Positions 56,502 through 64,000 of a DNA stretch of 64,000 nt are shown piece by piece; positions within the stretch are counted from its first letter, which is position 1; the number at the start of each line of letters is the position of its first letter. The DNA is from Marsupella aquatica. Lineage: Eukaryota > Plantae > Marchantiophyta. The stretch is from contig OZ316891.1 in the NCBI GenBank assembly GCA_973895155.1, positions 6,853,708 through 6,917,707 on the forward strand, given 5' to 3'. The translations under genes and the position numbers were made by a program. The notes below the pieces were generated by a model. It searched no databases. It saw nothing but the letters and a program-made list of their open reading frames with translations, and had not been told where the DNA came from.

Positions 56502-58008
56502 CATTACATAGTGAGGGGACACACTGTCTACAAGAGTACACTCTTCACCGTACGTAATTAGCGTTATGCAAGAATTATAATTGTGCGTTAGTACTGGGGT
56601 TAGTACAAATTAGTCCAAGTAACACTGATTTTTGCTGGTTTTTAAAATATGTGTTTCCACTTTTGTTTAAATTGCTAGTAAAAAAGGGACTATTCTTGTG
56701 TATTTTTCAAAATGGTATTTTCCCTCTATTTTCCATTCGTGTGACCACACTACCACTAATTCATGTGTGCATAAATAGTATTAGTACAAAATTAGTGTGA
56801 CTAACACTAATTACTGTGAACAGTGTAGTTATTTTACCTCATATTTGGAGATTTCACATTTGTAGCTATCCCATGGGCCCTCACTTTATGTATACTAAGT
56901 GTACCCCCCTGCGCCCGGACCCCCCTTGCCTACCCCTTCTTAGTATTTTTTCTTTCATATACATTACCCTTGTTCCATTACCCTTAGGTGACTTATAAAA
57001 CTGATAAAATCTATATTTGAAAACCCATTGTGGAATTATAATAAGGAAAACCCAAGATAGGGCTAACATACAAGATCCAAAATGATGCATACAGCGCCTA
57101 GTGGGGCATACAATCACTCACACAGTTTAGATATGTTTTACCAGTTTGGCTAAACTAGTATAGGCAAGACTACGGACAAGACATGGATGGGTAGGCAGTA
57201 GGCGGGCAGTGGCAACATCCCCACAAGCATGGGCACTGCCTGCACCGAGCGTGCACTCTACATTGGAGAGAGACTATAATTACAAACGGGATTACAAACC
57301 AGATAATCATTGCAAGCTAAGATATGGGTCTAGGTACTAATAGAGTGACTCACTCGGGACACTATGTTCCAATGATTGAGACCTTGCCACATGGCCCCTT
57401 ATACAATGACGTGTGTCACATACATTATAGGACCCCTTTGGCTGAGTTAATATGCCACGGTTTTGGAAATACCCTTCTTCCTTATAGACCCAAATTTGTA
57501 TAAAGTTGTGGGTTGGTTGGTTCTAATTGAATTATAATTATTAGCCAGAAATGGATTAAAAATACCCTTCAAGTGGGTGCACATGTTTCTGGGATTATGT
57601 AAGCTGAGGGCCCAGGGTAGCTATCTTAAAGAAAAATTGTTTAATTTGCTGATTTATCTATTATATATGACTAGCCCAATACCTCTATATTGCATAGAGT
57701 GAATATGTCAAGGCAAGACAAAGAAATGCAAGCAAGGCAATGGATTATTATAGACAACTTATGTGTTGTTGCGGTCATGCGCTTGTCCCATCCATGTTGT
57801 CATTGTGCGAATGAGGTTGTTTTGGCCATGACTGTGGTTGTTAGGCCATCAATTATGATGCCACTGCAGTTGTGTTGTCGGGTATATCAATGTGATCAAT
57901 TGTATCAATCTTGATTGGAAGATGATCCTGCAAAAGTGAGTGTCAACAATTGAATGTATATTAATTATGGCAGAATCTGGAACTTCTGGCTGCTGGATGG
58001 GTAGTGTT

Positions 58009-58324
58009 TTTTGCCTCGAAAAAACCAATTGAATTTCATTCAAAAAGCCAACATACAAAGGGGGTGGCCCACAAAGGGGGCCGAGAAAGGGGGTCGGCAC
58101 CCGGAGGTCATTAAGCCACAAAAGCCCGGGGGGGGGGGCGGCACCAGGGAAGAAGCAATCCCAGAATGGGAGCTAAACAAGAAATTTACCAACTACAGAA
58201 GGAGCGGCAAAACCCCCGAAGACCGGCCAGTGAACAGGGAACCGGCAGGGTACCCATCAGTGGATCCGTGATAGAGTCGCAAAAACTATCGGCCTAACCT
58301 GCAGCAAAGCTCCTCAACCTGAAC
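58009..58324 (-). mobile_element. 5'-truncated non-LTR (L1-like) retrotransposon insertion
   Basis: 17-bp TSD GCTGGATGGGTAGTGTT (57992-58008, 58325-58341); short poly(A) on the minus strand preceded by an AATGAA signal-like sequence. Confidence 0.8.
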
Positions 58325-59543
58325 GCTGGATGGGTAGTGTTGGAGAGAGTTGTTCTCCTTGGCCTCTTTTTAGAAGAGTGACTTACCATGATTTAATATG
58401 TGGCTGGGGCAATGATGTTGCCTCAGCTGCATTGGGAACTGCATTGGGGATTCCTCAAAATGCTGAGGAAGACCTATGTGAATATCGTTTGCCTGGGTAA
58501 GCAGCCAGGCATATCTATCTGGCAGGGCCCCAATGAATAGGGCAGAATAATAGGGCATCTCAAACCTTGAGGTCTGTAAACAAAAACCTTGCTTTTTTCT
58601 TAACACAGGGCTGGGTCTACAACCAGACTAGCCAGCATTTTACATTGAAAACGGGTTCAAATTAAGATCTTCTAATAAAAGTCACAGAAAATTATTTACA
58701 AAATTTTATCTTATGTGGAAAGAGACTAGGAAACAAAACTATATAGATGACTTTAAAGAATTAAAAGTGGAAACATCAGATTTTCAATTTTTTTCTAATA
58801 CAGCTACCCTCAGTCTTAGGTCCAAGAAAATATAGATCCTTGCTTAATATTGTACAGGAGGTGAGTACACAGGAAAACAACAACCATGTAGTAAACAAGA
58901 TGATGCTAAATTAGGTACTGTAATAAGTTTTGGAAGTATTTATCCAAAAAAATACCTTCTAATTATAACATTCATCCCTAACTTGACAAAACTTCTTGGG
59001 GGCTTCACTCCAAGGGGAGTTTCATATCACGTGCAAAGTTTTGGGGGATTAACAAACACCCAAGTTGAAATATTCACACATTTGGTTAAGAAAAAACCTA
59101 TGATACTAATAATTCTCAAAACAAGATTAAAACACCCCTAATGTTCTTCCACAAAAATTTGAAAGTCTTTCACTAAACCCAATCAATTTGAGAGTCTTTC
59201 ACTAAACCCAATCAAAAAACCCTGTTAATACTTATTCATGCATGATGGGTCGGAAGAAGAGATCAAAGTCAGGACCCCAAGCAAAACTTCTCAATTTTTT
59301 TTATTTTTAATTTTTTTTAAAACAAGCCGGGGGCAGCACCACCCGCGCGAGAGAGAAAACAAAAGGCCAGGAGAGGCCCGGAAACCAAAGACAGGCCACA
59401 CCCAAAAAAAGGGGGGAGACAGCACAGCAGCCCCAAGACGGGGCAACAGCGGGGAATCATTAATATCACTCGTTCTACTCTTAACATGAATACATATCCT
59501 TACATTTTGTAGTGGAAGGATGGGAAGGGAGATTGAATAAAAA

Positions 59544-62500
59544 TTAGGAATGCTGAAGATGGAAATAAAATGTTCCGTTTGGACAATTAGGAGGGCTAAG
59601 AGGCTTATTACAAGACACAAAAATGCTATAATCTGGCTTGAATATATAGATGAGTTGCATCAATCCTCCAAGAGAACCAACTACCACAAGAAGGGCCCCA
59701 ATAACAATGCAAAACTGCATAGATTGACACAAACAAGAAAACATTTAGAATTTCATTTGAAAGGATGATTTTTTAACAATGCATGCTATATGGTGAATGT
59801 ATCTGAACTGTCCAGAATGCTCAGTGTTTCAGTGATAATTGAAATTAAGGTGTTTTAATTTTGTCACTCCCTTCAATTTTGGAATTCAATTTTTTTTTGT
59901 TTGTGTTTTGGAAAATTTTAATTCAAGGAATTTAAGATAAAATCTTGTCTCATCATACTCCTAAACCAATAGAATGGATTTCAAGTATGTATTTTGATAT
60001 AAATGGCCGTCTTACCTTGTACCTTTTTTCCGAAATTAAATAAATCTATGTAAAAACTTAATAACATTTCTTAAAATAATTTTATTTTCAATCGGAGATG
60101 GTTTTACTGGGCTACAAGACTGAATGACACGGGCCCAAAATGGGCCAGCTATATTCACATTGGTGAAATCAACTACCCGTACATGATTGCAAATCCCATA
60201 TATTAAAGTCAACCATTTACAAAGGATGCTCACCCAATTGAACATCCATTGAGTTGTAAAAGCCGGGGGTTTCTTTAGTTGTAGCCAAATAATGCATGGC
60301 AACTGCAACGTCATTAAAAAAACGTCAATCAAAGCATGGAAAGTCGAACTTCCAATACCCCTTTCGAGATATGGAGCAGTTAGCAATTCCCAACATTGGG
60401 ATTCCAGCAAGGGGCATAATTATACGCCATCCAATCAAAGTAGATCCAAATTTCAATTCTGGATAGAAGAGCAAATTCACATACAAAATATGTGGTGGGT
60501 GTGGAGGCCAGTGCTCCAAGAACCGGAAGTAGATATTCGAAGCTTGGAAGGATAGTAGATACAAATGTTGTGAAGCCTGAAAGCAAAACAAAACCAGAAA
60601 AAATGATTGAATGAATCCTGATAATATAGAAGCGGGTCTAGAGGTCCCAACGTACTGGAAGGAAAAGAAGTAATCAAACAAAAAACTGAATTAACCAAAC
60701 AAGTCTAGATATTGTCTAAAAAGATCTGACTATGCAAACTATGGAAGCTTGAAAGGCATAAGTTACAACTTAACCAGTAAAAGAAAATGTGAACTACTCA
60801 CAAACGTAAATGCTTCGAGTAACTATTTGCATCACTTTTGCAGATCTTTTTCGCCCTGGTGATGGGAAGCCAAAGTTCACGAAAATGTTCTCTATGCAGC
60901 CGAGGAGACGATAGTGGTCTACAAAAGTCTCAATTATATCAAATGCAGGGACTGAGTACACCTACAAGCGAGGTGCCCACAGATTTCCTGGATCCATTAT
61001 TGAAACATATTTCTTTCCAGATCCGTCATTGAGGATGTTCATGCAAGTGGAACTTCAGACATTAATGCTTGGATGGACCACAGGATTTTGACCTCAAGAC
61101 TCTGGAGGACCAAACACTTTTTGACACCTAAGAAACTGAACATGTATAGAAGAAAGGGTAATTTTAACTCAGAGCGGTCCATGCTGGTTGCAATGGTTCA
61201 TCCCAACATTTTGCCGTAGGTAGTGGTTTACGTGAGCTTCAATTCTGAAACTTCACAATCATTATTTTTTATGGTTGTATTGAAACTTCAAAGCATGATA
61301 GATACTACATTGACTATATTTCAGTCAGTTTGAAATACACATACCAGGTAGCTTCCTGTTACATGGCATGGTTTCTTGAATCTCAAGCACCACATTGTGG
61401 CCGCTGTACGCAAAAGCCACACAACTCCTAGCGAACTAAATACTCCTGATACTTGACGTGCAGTTGTCTCGAAGTGAGGAAAATGGTAGCTTGTCGTACA
61501 TTTGCCTAGAAGCATTATTTCTTTCGGGGTGACAGGAGCATAACGCATATGATTTTTTACTCCCTGTTTATAAGATGCTACCGCGGCAATGATGCAATAG
61601 CTGCACTTCAAGCACTCAAATGTCAGAGTTTATGACCAAGAGAAAAATTAATATGCTTCATGGACTGGCATTCCACCTCGAGCATCCTCGAAATTTAAAG
61701 CAGACAGTTCTACAGTGCGACTTCCCAACTTACACTTACTAGCCTGCACTTTCATTCACCATAACTCAAAAGATCTCACAAATTTTCGCTTTTGAGTGAG
61801 GCTCTCAATATCTCTGGAAGGGATCACGAGAGCACTGCCGGTCTTTAGATTGAATTGGGCCTCCGTCAATAGCAACATTGCATACATGCACGTGGAAACT
61901 GTGAAAGAAGACTCATACCAGATAGACATCAGAGATGCGGTGGACGAGAAGCTGGCAATGGAGTTGAACCCGTCGAGCTGAGCGAGAAGTAACTGCACCA
62001 ACCAATAGAAGACAAACAATGGCCATTGCCCGACACCGGAGCAGCATTGTTCTCCACTCCCCAGGGCCACCGGATCAAAAATGGCATCAGGTTTACAGCT
62101 GAACAGCTGAATGACCAGCCAGAGAGACTGCCTTGCTGTGATCGTGTACACGATGCCCCCTCCAATGAACACACTGAGCTGCAGTGGCAATACTACCCAC
62201 TTGCCGAGCTGCTCCCCGAGAGCCTTTTGCCCAAGTTCGAGGTAAGTTCTAGAACGCCTCACCTCTCCACTGTTGTTTCCTGGCAGCTCGGACATCTCCA
62301 CCATTTGCCACAGCGTATAGAGAGTGATGCCCCACGACATCACCAGGACGACGATCCCTGCCTCCCTGCAGCCATCATGTATGTAGAATTCATAGCGATT
62401 GGGAGGTCCGAGCATTTCAATCCAAGTCAAAATTTCCCATCTTAATTTCCAGGCGATGATAGACAGGTATGGGAAATGGTAATCCCACTAACTTACCAGC

Positions 62501-62639
62501 CAAGATGTGCCATCACGGTTGGAAGACCAAGGACACCAGATCCCACAATAGCCGTGACGTTGTGAACGGTCGCGTGCCACCATTTGCCATTCCGATCTCT
62601 CTTGGAAGGCATGCTTCCGTCATCGAATTCGAACACCTC
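59544..62639 (-). pseudogene. Lysine/histidine transporter (LHT, AAAP family), apparently pseudogenised
   Basis: RNGKWWHATVHNVTAIVGSGVLGLP, TLYTLWQMVEM...YLELGQ, AFAYSGHNVVLEIQ (out of frame after an extra TG at ~61420), VYSVPAFDIIET, TPTTYF, LPCIIWL...KP and FCIVIG...GGL. The exon for the PMW...AY...GY...FG...N region was not found. Confidence 0.85.
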
Positions 62640-64000
62640 CTGCGTGTGCAACCCATTCGTGCAGAGTTAAGGAGTGCATAAAATTTGCACATCTCAGCCG
62701 CCTAAATTCGGGAAACCTCTCCTTTATTTGTGATGTCAGCGCTCCTTCTCCCTAGCTACATTTTTGTCAAGCAAAAGTCTACGCACTGGACATAATAGCT
62801 GAAGTCTCATCTCGAATGGACAGTACGTAGCAAGACGATTGAAATCTGCTGAGTAGACAGAATCACGCAGTGGCCAGTTCAAAGACCTTTGGGCCTTTTC
62901 CTCCTTCTCCCCTGACTGGTTTCTGGCTTGAGGGCCTTTTCCACCTTCTCCCTTGACTGGTTTCTGGCTTGAGGGCTCATGTCTCCCTGGTGGGAGACTT
63001 TTGTTGTTTGACTATATATATATAAGCCCTATGCGCCTGCCTTGCACAGTGCAAGGAGGGCCGGCCCACCCTATGGGTTGGGGAATTTATGGGGCACATT
63101 TTTTCTATCATAGTCAGGGAAAACAGCTAATTAATAGAATCTAACTAGTGTGGATTTTTCTTGCCCAGGAGATTTTTGTATTGAGACAAAGGACCAAAAA
63201 GATGGGATCCCTTATTATAGTTGTAGATTAGCCTCATTACCCATTTTTTGAACATAATTTTTTTTTTCTTGAACATAAATGAAATGGAGAATCCCCCATG
63301 CTATCCCCATGGGTTTTTTTTCACCTTCACTTTGTCCTTATTTAGAGTTCAGTTTTGTCAATATTTAGAGTAAGGCCTAGAGGCTTCACTCTAGACCCTA
63401 GCCCTTGTAAATAGCTTATGTTAGAGATTTATTAGTAAGATACACTGGAGTGGTATATAGAGTATTGCTTGTTATACTGGAGGTCTATAGAGTATACTTA
63501 GGTGATTTTCCTCTTAACTTTGTATTTGTATCCTAGCTGGGACAAGAACTCCCAGTCAAAATGTCTAATTTTCTCTTTGTATTTCAGTGCATTCTTCGCC
63601 AAGAATACCGAGTCAAGATGTCTAATTTTCTCTTTGTATTTTCAGGTGCATTCTGGACCAAGAATGCTCACTCAAGATTTCTATCACATGTTACCAAGAT
63701 TCTCCTCCAGTTTTACTAAAATGAGGAAGAATAAAAATGAGATCTTCAAGTGTACTGCAATCCCAAGCTAATGAGCCCGTCGAACTTCAGTTGAGCTAAT
63801 TGAAGCTGTCATTTTTCAGGGAATTACATCTCACAGCTCTATAAACAAGACAATATTTATGCATTATTTACTAATTGTTAAGAGAGAATGAATCGAGAAT
63901 GAATCAGATACCGATTAGGGGTCACGGTTCTGCTTTATATATATGTGTGTACAGGTATGGTTAAGGTATAACCATGGTATAGTGACTCTAGTCTAGTCTG

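Overview
Eukaryotic land-plant genomic DNA with GT-AG introns; probably a non-seed plant such as a bryophyte, but that is inference. Intact host genes: a JmjN/JmjC/C5HC2/FYRN/FYRC H3K4 demethylase (JMJ14/16-like, minus, 11423-18738) and ATG2 (plus, 42169-51571). Damaged genes: a GID4 copy (minus, 2772-4731) that lacks its canonical last exon and is followed by a duplicated copy of the JMJ 3' region, and an LHT amino-acid transporter pseudogene (minus, 59544-62639). Between JMJ and ATG2 is a TE-rich block (about 22-40 kb). It holds a disrupted DUF3990/ADP-ribosyltransferase-fold-like gene carrying a nested MITE>Helitron>MITE insertion, several MITEs with CTCRGGG-type ends and 8-bp TSDs, and a receptor-kinase fragment. 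The most unusual feature is a 4.08-kb TG...CA element with a 5-bp TSD (solo-LTR signature) that contains an intact 618-codon ORF but no gag/pol and no terminal direct repeats. All protein family calls come from motif recognition by eye; no database searches were run.
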